DNA of 20,988 nt from Fusobacteriota bacterium (GTDB lineage: Bacteria > Fusobacteriota > Fusobacteriia > Fusobacteriales > JBNJFI01), in NCBI GenBank assembly GCA_051746725.1, contig JBNJFI010000030.1:1-20988 (forward strand), read 5' to 3'. The translations under genes were made by a program, and so were the position numbers. A model generated the notes under the pieces. That model was not told the DNA's origin, did not search any database, and worked only from the letters and a program-made list of their open reading frames with translations. Within the stretch, counting starts at the first letter, position 1; each line of letters begins with the position of its first letter. Shown here piece after piece: positions 1 to 8,635 of this stretch.

Positions 1-99
<99 letters not shown>

Positions 100-111
100 T
101 GATATATATTT

Positions 112-168
112 AAATAAAACAAGAAAAAAGTCTGGCTTTTAGCAAGACTTTTTTCTTGTTTTATTTTT
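112..168. terminator. Intrinsic terminator, likely bidirectional, after the PII gene
   Basis: Perfect 22-bp inverted repeat AAATAAAACAAGAAAAAAGTCT (112-133) / AGACTTTTTTCTTGTTTTATTT (145-166), plus an inner GCT/AGC stem and A/T tracts. Confidence 0.85.
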
Positions 169-350
169 TAGTAAAAAAATCACATATGTACGAAAAAAGT
201 GTAAATATTTTTGTAATATTTATGAAACATTTCTTTTGATAAATTGTGACAAAATTAATTTAAAGAATTTCTCAACACTTTAAACCCTTATTAAATAAGA
301 TTAGAAGAGATTAAATATATTAAAATTCATTAATTTAAATTTATTAATCA

Positions 351-387
351 TGAAACAAAGTGTTACACTCATGTAAAAATTGTAAAA
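351..387 (+). promoter_or_regulatory. Tandem direct repeats, candidate OmpR/PhoB-type binding sites
   Basis: TGAAACA (351), TGTTACA (361), TGTAAAA (372), TGTAAAA (381) at about 10-bp phasing, directly upstream of the -35 box; similar set at 200, 212 and 223. Confidence 0.4.
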
Positions 388-391
388 ATGC

Positions 392-420
392 TTGAATAAA
401 TTATTTTTAAGTGCTATGAT
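392..420 (+). promoter_or_regulatory. sigma70-type promoter of the large lipoprotein gene
   Basis: TTGAAT (392-397), 17-bp spacer, TATGAT (415-420) with extended -10 TG (412-413); RBS GAGGAGG at 484-490. Confidence 0.7.
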
Positions 421-499
421 AGTCGATGGTTGTGTTGAAAAGAGGTCAAAAAAGTTTATCAGAACAGAGGAACAACAAAAAAAGAGGAGGATTTAAAGA

Positions 500-3400
500 A
501 TGAAGAAAATGTCAGTTTTACTAGTTGCATTGTTTTTACTAACACTACAAGGGTGTTTTTCAAATGACACTGTAACAGAAGAAGAATTAAAGAAAGATGA
601 AAAATTAACAACGGAAAATCAAACAAATGCAGGGGATTCTGTTGCAACAAAAGCAGTATTCTCAGGAGTAGTAGTGGATCAAAATGGTGAACCGATTGAA
701 GGAGCTTTAATTTCGATCGCAGGAAAAGAAACTAAAACTATTAAAGGTGGTTCTTTTCAAATTGCTGGATTAGATATAGGAGGAGCAACAAGTGGTAGCG
801 GAGTTACTATGAACGCTACAATAACGAAAGATAACTATATTTCAATGTCAGCACATGTAGAATATACAGAAGATACTCTTACAGGAGACGATGAAAGTGT
901 GGAAATAAAAATTGATTCTCCAGGTACAGTACAAACAGGAGAAGACGGAACTTTAACAGTTGGAACAGTATTAATTCCAATCAGTAATGCTCAACAAAAT
1001 GTAAGAGTTGAGATGGTAGAATTACTTACTTTAAAAGGAAAGGTAGATCTTCCAGAAACAATCTCAACAGATGCTTCAATAATGGTTAAACCAACAATAA
1101 TGGGGTCTAGTTATCCAAAATCTGATTATACAGAGGAAATATCTGATAGTTTAGAGTATACAATAGAAGATATTCCAGCTTCTGGTAGTCAAGATATATT
1201 ATTAGAAATTTACTTAAATGAAAATAAATATGCTGAGTATTATGCCATGGAAGATGGTGTAAGTTTATTAGCAGCTCAAAAGAATGAAGTAAAAGGTGAG
1301 CAAAGATTTGTAAATTATGATTTTGAAGCAAAAAAATATGGAACAGTTAAAGGGAAAGTATTTAAAACTCTTGATAAATCTGAGATAATTCCTGCTGGAG
1401 CTAAAGTTATTTTAAATAAGTATGATGGATCATCAGCTTATGAAGAAGTTGATTCAACTACAGTAGATTCAGAAGGTAATTATGTCTTTAGAGAAGTAAT
1501 ACAAGGAAATTACCAAGTTGAATTAAAAGATTTTGATGCTCCTGATGTAAATGGAGAGGGAGATGGAAACTTTGAATATATAAACGGAAAGACTTTTAAT
1601 GATATAGCAGTAATAGATGGTGAAAATTCTACAAATGGAACAACTCCAACTACTGTAGTTAAAAACTTATGGTATGAAGGGGCATATGATTATAATATTT
1701 CAGGGAAAGTTGAAGTTGGAATAAAAGGAGATACAATAGAAGGTATAAAGGTTAAATTGCTTCATGACAACGCCTCTACAACGGCTCAGATGGATACTAT
1801 AGATGAAGTTACTACTACTTCAGATGGAGCATTTGCTTTTGAAGGAATTGAATTCAAAAATGTAAAAGTTGTAGCTGAAGAAATAGATACTGATGATAAT
1901 TTAGTTGTAAACTTTAATCAAGATTCTGAAGTAATTTATAATGAAAAAGGAATCGATGTTGAAGTTGATTTATTTATGTATGCAAACTCAGATGAGTATG
2001 GTTTACATGTAGTATCTACAAATTATACAAAGATTAAAGAAGATAGATTAGTTGTAATAGATAACGCAATAGAGCCAGATGCAAACATAGAGGTAACATT
2101 TGACAATCCTATTTCACTTAATTCTAAAACAGAAATAGAAACTTATGATGATAATGGAAATATTGTGAACTTAGAAGATATGAGCGGAAACGAATTAGAT
2201 ATAACATATTCTTTAAGCTCAGATAAAAAAACAGTAACAATAGATCCAGTGAAAGATTTGAAGCAAGATAATTATATTATAAAAGTTAATTCTAAGTTAG
2301 ATTCAGAATATGGATATAAATATGAAATTGGGAATACTATTGATGCAGATACAACATTAATCGATATACCAGTAGATACAAATTATGAATCTTATACATT
2401 AATGGTATCTGGAGGATCATTTTTAGCAAAAGATGAATATGGAACATGGGGAACTGAAAATTTATTAACTGAAACTGTAACGGATACAGATGATAATAAG
2501 CAATTAAATGTAGGTGAAGAATTAACAGTTAACTTCAATTTGGCTGTTTCTACAGAGTCAGCTTTAAGAATTATTAATAAAGGTGAAAATGTAGTCAGCT
2601 TAAATGATGTATCTGATGGAAAGGAAATACTTGCTACATATGAATTTAGTTCAGATAGAAAAACTATGACAATAGTTCCAGCAATGCAAAATAGTTTAGA
2701 AACTGGAAAAGTTTATGAAGTAAATTTACATGCTGATTTAAAATCTGTAGTAGCAGAAAATGCTGATTTTGATCTTAAATTAGAAGGATTTAAAACATTC
2801 CAAGGAGATATGTTTAAATCATCTAATGCAACTCTTTCAGCAATTAAACCTGAAATATTTGTAGAAAGAAATATATATGAAGAATATAATACTTCAGGAT
2901 CTAGCTTACAATTTGCTATGGATTATGATTTAAGTAAAGCTGGAATATATGAAAATGCTAATTTAAAAGATACAGTACAAACTTACTCTCCAGTAGGATT
3001 TAATTTAGAGCTTGATCTTTCAACGATAAATATGGAAGAGATAAAAGAATTTAGAGTGTATGGAGATACTGGAGCTTCTGATTCTTATTGGACAGTATTA
3101 AAGACTATAAATTCAAGTGCTGTAACCAAAACAGATGAAATATTAGGATATAAAAACATTTCAGTAGATCTTACTCAAGTTAAAGAAGGATATGACCTTG
3201 GAGTAGAACAATTGAAATGGGAAAACAAAATTTATTTAACAGTAGTACCTGTAGATAACAATGGTAAATTGGCAATAAATCCTGCAGAAGTTTCAGCAGA
3301 CAAAATATTAACTCTTGGAGATAATTATGGAGTTAAGATAAGTAATATGAATACCGATAAAGCCTTAGATTTTGGAGAAAACACGATAACATTTAATGAG

Positions 3401-4606
3401 CCAATATTGCCAACAGGTAGAAGTGTAGATATTACAGGTTATAATTCCAATATTGGACTTACAAAAAGTAGTCCTATAGTTGGAGCAGACTTGACAGAGT
3501 TGAAAATAGATGTTGAGCCTTCAGTAATATTTACTTATGACTCTACAACAACTTATAATCATTCTGAAGCTGATAATCCTGGAAGATTAGAATTTGAGTC
3601 TACAGATGGAATGTATGAAGGAATGAAACTAGTAAGTAGTGAAGGAGATTTTACAATTAACAAAGTTAGAAGTGGAACAGTAATTGATACAGATTGTAAT
3701 TTTGATATACCAAAAAGTACAGAATTTACAGTAAAAGATGATGCTGTAAACAATGGAATCTTTGATAGAACAGCAGAAACTACAAGCATATTAAATGTAA
3801 CATCTAGTATTACAAGTACTATCATTAATCAAGATATAGATGTAAATACTACGACTGCAGGACTTGGTGCATCAGCTCCAGGTGGAACAATTATATTAAC
3901 TACTACAAATACTGATAATCCAAATTTAGGAATAGAAGTAGGAGATGAATTAACATTCAAGTCTACTGGAGCTGGATCTGATGTAACTGTAACAGTAGAT
4001 AGGGTAGATGATAACGATAAAATAGTTACTCAAGATGATATTTCAGATATAGGAAGTGACTATTACTTATCTGATGTTTATCAAGTCAAAATAGAACCTG
4101 GAGAAGCATCTAATTATGTAGTAGGTGAAGAGGTTGAATTGACAGGAGCTACTAATACAATGACTATAATGGCAATAGATACAACAAATGGTCTCATTAG
4201 AGTTTCATCTTCAGCAGATGGAGCAACTGCAATAAACTTAAAAACAGTAAAATCTAGTTCAGTTATATTAACAGATAATGTTAGTTATGCTGTAGGAGAT
4301 AAGATATTCTTAAATCCTGATAAGGGATCAACTGTTGAAGAAAATGGAGTTAACTTAGAAGCTGCTATTACGGGATTACAACAAAAAACTGCGGCTGATG
4401 GAACATCTGAATACTTAGAAGTTGCTCTATCTGGAGTAGATCTAACAGGATTAGAAAAAGGAAAAAAAGTTATATTTAAACCAACAATAGAGATTACAAT
4501 AACTGCAAAAGATTCATCTAATAATGATATAATTAATACAGATAAATCGATAAAGGCAGAGTTAAAAGACGATAATTCTAAATTTGAATGGAAAATAACA
4601 GAATAA
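500..4606 (+). CDS. Large acidic surface lipoprotein (1368 aa) with carboxypeptidase-regulatory/SdrD_B-like and SbsA-type Ig-like domains; adhesin or S-layer-like
   Basis: Signal peptide with lipobox LQG-C; repeats of the type SGVVVDQNGEPIEGALISI, KGKV..GAKVIL..TTVDSEGNYVF and SGKV..TTTSDGAFAF; Ig-like IEVTFDNPI..SSDKKTVTIDP and LTVNFNLAV..SSDRKTMTIVP; D/E/T-rich; strong RBS. Confidence 0.8.
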   Translation: MKKMSVLLVALFLLTLQGCFSNDTVTEEELKKDEKLTTENQTNAGDSVATKAVFSGVVVDQNGEPIEGALISIAGKETKTIKGGSFQIAGLDIGGATSGSGVTMNATITKDNYISMSAHVEYTEDTLTGDDESVEIKIDSPGTVQTGEDGTLTVGTVLIPISNAQQNVRVEMVELLTLKGKVDLPETISTDASIMVKPTIMGSSYPKSDYTEEISDSLEYTIEDIPASGSQDILLEIYLNENKYAEYYAMEDGVSLLAAQKNEVKGEQRFVNYDFEAKKYGTVKGKVFKTLDKSEIIPAGAKVILNKYDGSSAYEEVDSTTVDSEGNYVFREVIQGNYQVELKDFDAPDVNGEGDGNFEYINGKTFNDIAVIDGENSTNGTTPTTVVKNLWYEGAYDYNISGKVEVGIKGDTIEGIKVKLLHDNASTTAQMDTIDEVTTTSDGAFAFEGIEFKNVKVVAEEIDTDDNLVVNFNQDSEVIYNEKGIDVEVDLFMYANSDEYGLHVVSTNYTKIKEDRLVVIDNAIEPDANIEVTFDNPISLNSKTEIETYDDNGNIVNLEDMSGNELDITYSLSSDKKTVTIDPVKDLKQDNYIIKVNSKLDSEYGYKYEIGNTIDADTTLIDIPVDTNYESYTLMVSGGSFLAKDEYGTWGTENLLTETVTDTDDNKQLNVGEELTVNFNLAVSTESALRIINKGENVVSLNDVSDGKEILATYEFSSDRKTMTIVPAMQNSLETGKVYEVNLHADLKSVVAENADFDLKLEGFKTFQGDMFKSSNATLSAIKPEIFVERNIYEEYNTSGSSLQFAMDYDLSKAGIYENANLKDTVQTYSPVGFNLELDLSTINMEEIKEFRVYGDTGASDSYWTVLKTINSSAVTKTDEILGYKNISVDLTQVKEGYDLGVEQLKWENKIYLTVVPVDNNGKLAINPAEVSADKILTLGDNYGVKISNMNTDKALDFGENTITFNEPILPTGRSVDITGYNSNIGLTKSSPIVGADLTELKIDVEPSVIFTYDSTTTYNHSEADNPGRLEFESTDGMYEGMKLVSSEGDFTINKVRSGTVIDTDCNFDIPKSTEFTVKDDAVNNGIFDRTAETTSILNVTSSITSTIINQDIDVNTTTAGLGASAPGGTIILTTTNTDNPNLGIEVGDELTFKSTGAGSDVTVTVDRVDDNDKIVTQDDISDIGSDYYLSDVYQVKIEPGEASNYVVGEEVELTGATNTMTIMAIDTTNGLIRVSSSADGATAINLKTVKSSSVILTDNVSYAVGDKIFLNPDKGSTVEENGVNLEAAITGLQQKTAADGTSEYLEVALSGVDLTGLEKGKKVIFKPTIEITITAKDSSNNDIINTDKSIKAELKDDNSKFEWKITE

Positions 4607-4623
4607 TATATTATTTTACCAAA

Positions 4624-4655
4624 AAAATTGCCTCCCTCTTGAGGGGGGCAATTTT
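4624..4655 (+). terminator. GC-rich hairpin between the lipoprotein and TPR-barrel genes; partial terminator or mRNA stabiliser
   Basis: AAAATTGCCTCCCTC / GAGGGGGGCAATTTT stem with one G-U pair; short T4 tail. Confidence 0.7.
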
Positions 4656-4683
4656 AGGATATATAGAAAAAGCGAGGTGACAA

Positions 4684-6045
4684 ATGAAATTAAAAAAAAT
4701 AAAATTTATTGTTATTATAATGACTATAATGATAACTGTATTATCATTTGGAGAAGAAAAGAAAGATGATATTAAACAAGAAGCTTCTTTTTTATATAGT
4801 GTTCAATCATATAATGAAGGGATAGAAATATTAGAAAAAGAATACGATGAGAATAAAAATGATATAGAATATATATTTCTACTTGGAAAAGGATATTACC
4901 AATTAAAAGAATATAAAAAGGCATCAAAATATTTTGAAAGAGCTTTGGGTTTAAATTCAAATTTGACAGGGATAAGGATAAAATATGCCGATAGTCTAGT
5001 AAAAATTTCTAAAGTAGAGAAGGCTAAAAAAAACTATAACTTATTGCTTAACGATGAAAATTTATCAAAGGAAGATAAAAAAATTATTAAAAAAAAGCTA
5101 GAAAAACTTAGTGAAAAACAAAAAAGTAAAGAGGTTAGATCTATATATAAAGATAAAAACTGGAATTTTAATATAGAAGCCGGTTATACTATGGATAAAA
5201 ATTTTAATGCCATACCAGAAAATCAATATTATAGATATTTAGGTACTCCATTTTATTCTAAAGAAATCAATAAAGAAATTTATGAAAGAGCTATGGATTT
5301 TTCGTTATCTGGAGATGTATCAATAGATATACCTAGAAGAAATAATTTAAAACTTAAATTATCTTCAGAATATAATACTCGGCAGTATGAAAAATATGAC
5401 CTTTTTAGTTATGATAATGTATCTTTAGGTTTTATGTTAGATAAAGACATAGAAAATATAAATATAAATTTACCATGGGAAAAAGAGACAACTTGGTTAA
5501 ACGGTGCAACATATAGCAATTCCATGATATTTAGTCCTAGTATAAAATATCTGTTTGATAATAAAATAAAAGTAGGGACGAGATATAAATATATCAAGAA
5601 TATTTATCAAGGAGAAGAACAGGTGCTTTTCTATGAGAAAAATAAAAATAATAGCCGATCACAACATCTAGCTTTATTATTTGGATATAATTGGAATAAG
5701 GTTTTGAAAATTAATACTGAATATAGTATAATAAAGGAAAATTCTGATTTTGATGATTATGATAATAATCAAAGACAAATAGGATATGAGTTAACTGGGG
5801 ATCTACTTCTCGGAATAAGTTATAATTTTAAAAACATGTTTTCTTACAAAAATTATAGAAAATATAATTCTTCTTATGAAAAAAACAGGAAAGACTTTGA
5901 AAAAACAATTAAGTTTTCTATATCAAAAAAGTTTTATGATTCAGATATAATGGTGAGATATAGAGTAAAAGATGTTGATTCAAATATAAATATAAATGAT
6001 CGAAATTCAAAAGATATCAGTTTTATTTTAAAACTTGAGATATAA
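4684..6045 (+). CDS. TPR plus outer-membrane beta-barrel protein, Slam/DUF560 (type XI secretion)-like
   Basis: Sec signal peptide; TPR (LLGKGYYQLKEYKKASKYFERALGLNSN); barrel begins WNFNIEAGYTMDKNFNAIP, resembling the Slam W..G...D.N.N..P motif; Tyr-rich amphipathic strands; terminal strand ISFILKLEI. Confidence 0.7.
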   Translation: MKLKKIKFIVIIMTIMITVLSFGEEKKDDIKQEASFLYSVQSYNEGIEILEKEYDENKNDIEYIFLLGKGYYQLKEYKKASKYFERALGLNSNLTGIRIKYADSLVKISKVEKAKKNYNLLLNDENLSKEDKKIIKKKLEKLSEKQKSKEVRSIYKDKNWNFNIEAGYTMDKNFNAIPENQYYRYLGTPFYSKEINKEIYERAMDFSLSGDVSIDIPRRNNLKLKLSSEYNTRQYEKYDLFSYDNVSLGFMLDKDIENININLPWEKETTWLNGATYSNSMIFSPSIKYLFDNKIKVGTRYKYIKNIYQGEEQVLFYEKNKNNSRSQHLALLFGYNWNKVLKINTEYSIIKENSDFDDYDNNQRQIGYELTGDLLLGISYNFKNMFSYKNYRKYNSSYEKNRKDFEKTIKFSISKKFYDSDIMVRYRVKDVDSNININDRNSKDISFILKLEI

Positions 6046-6051
6046 TTTTAG

Positions 6052-6081
6052 AAGGGAATCTTCAATATGATTCCCTTTTTT
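6052..6081 (+). terminator. Intrinsic terminator
   Basis: AAGGGAATC / GATTCCCTT stem followed by a T-tract. Confidence 0.75.
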
Positions 6082-6114
6082 AAGTATTAAAAATTAAAAA
6101 TAAAAGGGGGAAAA

Positions 6115-6843
6115 ATGAAGGGTTTAATAGTAACAGGAGATCCTGAATTAAAAAATAGATTAAAATTAATAATAAAAAGAGATAATATAAAGATAGATGT
6201 CAGTATGGATGGATATACTTGTTTACAAAGAGTAAAAAATGAAAATTTCGACTTTATTATTATAAGTTCCGATATATCAGATATAGATGGAGTTACTTTA
6301 TGTAAAACTATAAACTTCAATGATAAAAAATATAATTATCCTATAATATTTTTTATAGGTGAAAATTTAAAACAAAAACAAAGAAATTTAATTTTAGAAT
6401 CTGGGGCAAATGATTGCATGGATCGATCCTTTGATAACAAGGAGTTTACATTAAGGTTAAAAAACCATCTAAATATGAAAAAAAAATTTATAAATATAAG
6501 TATGGAGTCAAAAAATGGCCAAAATACCATTAGTTCTAAAATAAAATATGCAAATTTAACAATAGATCCTAAAAAAATACAAATTGTTGAACGAGATGGT
6601 AGACCAAATAGAGTTCCTCAAAAAGAATATGAATTATTAAAATATTTTATTTTAAATAAAGGAAAGGTTTTATCTAGAGAAAGTATAAGAAAAAAAGTTT
6701 GGAAAGTAGAAAAAACACATAAAGCTGATAGAAGAGTTGATATTTGTGTTTGTAGATTAAAAAAGAGATTTGCGATTTTAAATTCTACTTTATCTTCTAT
6801 AAGAGGGATTGGATATTCTTTAAAAGATATTGTTAATATCTAA
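6115..6843 (+). CDS. OmpR/PhoB-family response regulator with degenerate (atypical) receiver domain
   Basis: Winged helix KEYELLKYFILNKGKVLSRESI..VW..RRVDICVCRLKKR..SIRGIGY; receiver fold present, but the phospho-Asp position reads Ser (FDFIIISSDISDIDG). Confidence 0.88.
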   Translation: MKGLIVTGDPELKNRLKLIIKRDNIKIDVSMDGYTCLQRVKNENFDFIIISSDISDIDGVTLCKTINFNDKKYNYPIIFFIGENLKQKQRNLILESGANDCMDRSFDNKEFTLRLKNHLNMKKKFINISMESKNGQNTISSKIKYANLTIDPKKIQIVERDGRPNRVPQKEYELLKYFILNKGKVLSRESIRKKVWKVEKTHKADRRVDICVCRLKKRFAILNSTLSSIRGIGYSLKDIVNI

Positions 6844-6940
6844 AAAAAGGTCAAAATAATGAGAAAATATATAAAGAGAAAAGGTTAATCTTAATAGCAA
6901 TGATAAAAATTTCCTTTATATTTATTTTATCCATAAATTA

Positions 6941-7130
6941 GGAGTAAAACCTCTTGATACAGCAAATTCGATCCAGGAGTGGAATACAAAAAAGTGGGTT
7001 TTAAAAATGTAATTACTCTGATAAAGGAGAAACAGAAGTTGATGAGTAGAAAACAATATTATAGAGTTCAAATACAGACAGATTAAATAACCACTTTTTT
7101 GAAATACTAGTTGAATATATTGAGTTACCA
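6941..7130 (+). ncRNA. Candidate structured ncRNA, about 190-nt imperfect rod, 6S-like size
   Basis: Nested pairings: 6953-6959/7118-7124, 6967-6972/7110-7115, perfect 11 bp 6987-6997/7091-7101, ACTCT(G)ATAA/TTATAGAGT; several G-U pairs favour the + strand. Confidence 0.35.
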
Positions 7131-7139
7131 TGTTATAAT
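7111..7139 (+). promoter_or_regulatory. sigma70-type promoter upstream of the methyltransferase gene
   Basis: TTGAAT (7111-7116), 17 bp, TATAAT (7134-7139) with extended -10 TG. Confidence 0.75.
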
Positions 7140-7179
7140 ACACTAAAATTATAATTTACAGATGGGATAGTGAATATTT

Positions 7180-7833
7180 ATGAGTAATAGGTGTAAGATA
7201 TGTAAGTCTGATAATTTAGATATTATAAATGACAAAAAGGATAAAAATAAATATTTTTGGTGTCAGGAATGTGATTTTATTTTTATTGATAAAGAGAATA
7301 TTGTGGACTCAAATACAGAGTTAGAAGTATATAAAAAACATGATAACACCATTGAAAACGAAGGATATGTAAAGATGTTTGAGAGGTTTATTGCAAATGG
7401 AATTAATCCATACTGTAAAAAATCTGGTGAAGTCTTAGAGTTTGGAAGCGGCCCTGGACCTGTATTAGCAGAACTTTTAAAAAGAAGAGGATATGAGGTA
7501 GATATCTATGATCCATATTTTTCTCCTGAAAAAGTTTATAAAAATAAAAAATATGATATAATTACTTCAACCGAGGTGTTCGAGCACTTTAAAGACCCTT
7601 TAAAAGAGATGGATTTATTAACCAAATTATTAAAAGATGATGGTTACGTAGTTATAATGACAAGATTTCATCCTCAAACTGAAGAAAAATTTAAAAAATG
7701 GTGGTATCGAAGAGATTTAACTCATATTTCATTTTATACCCCTAAAACATTGGGAAAATTGGCTTATAAATATGATCTAGATTTAGTTTTTTATGATGAT
7801 CGTGATATTTGTGTTTTTAAAAACAACAAATAA
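7180..7833 (+). CDS. Class I SAM-dependent methyltransferase with N-terminal Zn ribbon
   Basis: CKIC...CQEC; motif I VLEFGSGPG; YDPYF; YDIITSTEVFEHF; WWYRRDLTHISFY. Confidence 0.9.
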   Translation: MSNRCKICKSDNLDIINDKKDKNKYFWCQECDFIFIDKENIVDSNTELEVYKKHDNTIENEGYVKMFERFIANGINPYCKKSGEVLEFGSGPGPVLAELLKRRGYEVDIYDPYFSPEKVYKNKKYDIITSTEVFEHFKDPLKEMDLLTKLLKDDGYVVIMTRFHPQTEEKFKKWWYRRDLTHISFYTPKTLGKLAYKYDLDLVFYDDRDICVFKNNK

Positions 7834-7865
7834 TTTAAGAAGATAACCAAAAGAGGAGTGAAAAT

Positions 7866-8288
7866 TTGAGTAAAGTTAGTTACTGGGACATGAAAAAAAA
7901 TGGTATGAAACCCGCAATTATAGCAGAGAGTGAGTTAGGTGAATTTATTTATTATGTAGTAGATCTTAAAAGAAAAATAAAACTACATAAGACAAAAAAA
8001 CCTATTGAAGCCATTATGACATTAGAAATGATGCAACATAAGTATGGAGATAATAATTATCTAAAAAATAAGATCAAAAAAGACATAGAAGATACAATGG
8101 AAAACTTTAAAACTTTAGAAGAAGTTCAAGATTCTTTTGAGAATAAAATAGAAATATTGAAAAAACTTGATAAGATGAAAAAATCAGAACTCGTTGAACT
8201 CATAAAAAAAGAGGATTTAGATATAAAATATAGCAAATTTAATAAAGGAAAATTAATTTCAAAAATAAAAAAGGAAATATTGAATTAA
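7866..8288 (+). CDS. Hypothetical protein with C-terminal Rho_N/HeH-like nucleic-acid-binding motif
   Basis: RBS AGGAG with TTG start; C-terminus LDKMKKSELVELIKKEDLDIKYSKFNKGKLISKI matches the Rho N-terminal helix-extension-helix pattern. Confidence 0.6.
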   Translation: MSKVSYWDMKKNGMKPAIIAESELGEFIYYVVDLKRKIKLHKTKKPIEAIMTLEMMQHKYGDNNYLKNKIKKDIEDTMENFKTLEEVQDSFENKIEILKKLDKMKKSELVELIKKEDLDIKYSKFNKGKLISKIKKEILN

Positions 8289-8343
8289 TTTGAATATGTT
8301 ATTAGACGATTTAAACCTATATAAAACTAGAGAGGTGAAAAAA

Positions 8344-8607
8344 ATGGTAATTTATGTAAAAAATTTTTTAACCAAAGAACCAGTTGTTCTCCACGATAAA
8401 ATTCAAAAAAACCTTGATAAAGGGAAACGAGTTGTTTTAGATTTTGGAGACAATGATATAATTGAATTCGATTTTTTAAATGAAAGTATCGGAAATATCA
8501 TAACAGGTAATAATTTTCCAGCTATAAAACACAGGATCAATTTTATAAATGTTGATCCAGCTATAAAGACTGTATTACAAAAGGTTGTAAGGGAAAGGAA
8601 CAAATAG
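8344..8607 (+). CDS. STAS-like domain protein (DUF4325-like)
   Basis: GKRVVLDFGDNDIIEFDFLNESIGNI pattern; start moved from 8290 to the ATG at 8344, which follows RBS GAGGTG. Confidence 0.65.
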   Translation: MVIYVKNFLTKEPVVLHDKIQKNLDKGKRVVLDFGDNDIIEFDFLNESIGNIITGNNFPAIKHRINFINVDPAIKTVLQKVVRERNK

Positions 8608-8635
8608 CTTTTAATCAAAATAGGAGGGGATTTTA

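Noticed and set aside
200..390. GlnR/TnrA box (TGTNA-N7-TNACA) near the PII gene
   Set aside because: No correctly spaced inverted pair seen; the repeats are mainly direct
459..6530. Short minus-strand ORFs (459-650, 1107-1331, 3559-3825, 4772-4960, 5409-5597, 6087-6320, 6336-6530)
   Set aside because: Antisense shadows of well-supported + strand genes, with no recognisable motifs
6922..7143. 73-aa minus-strand ORF
   Set aside because: No RBS, start overlaps the -10 box of the + strand promoter, no protein features
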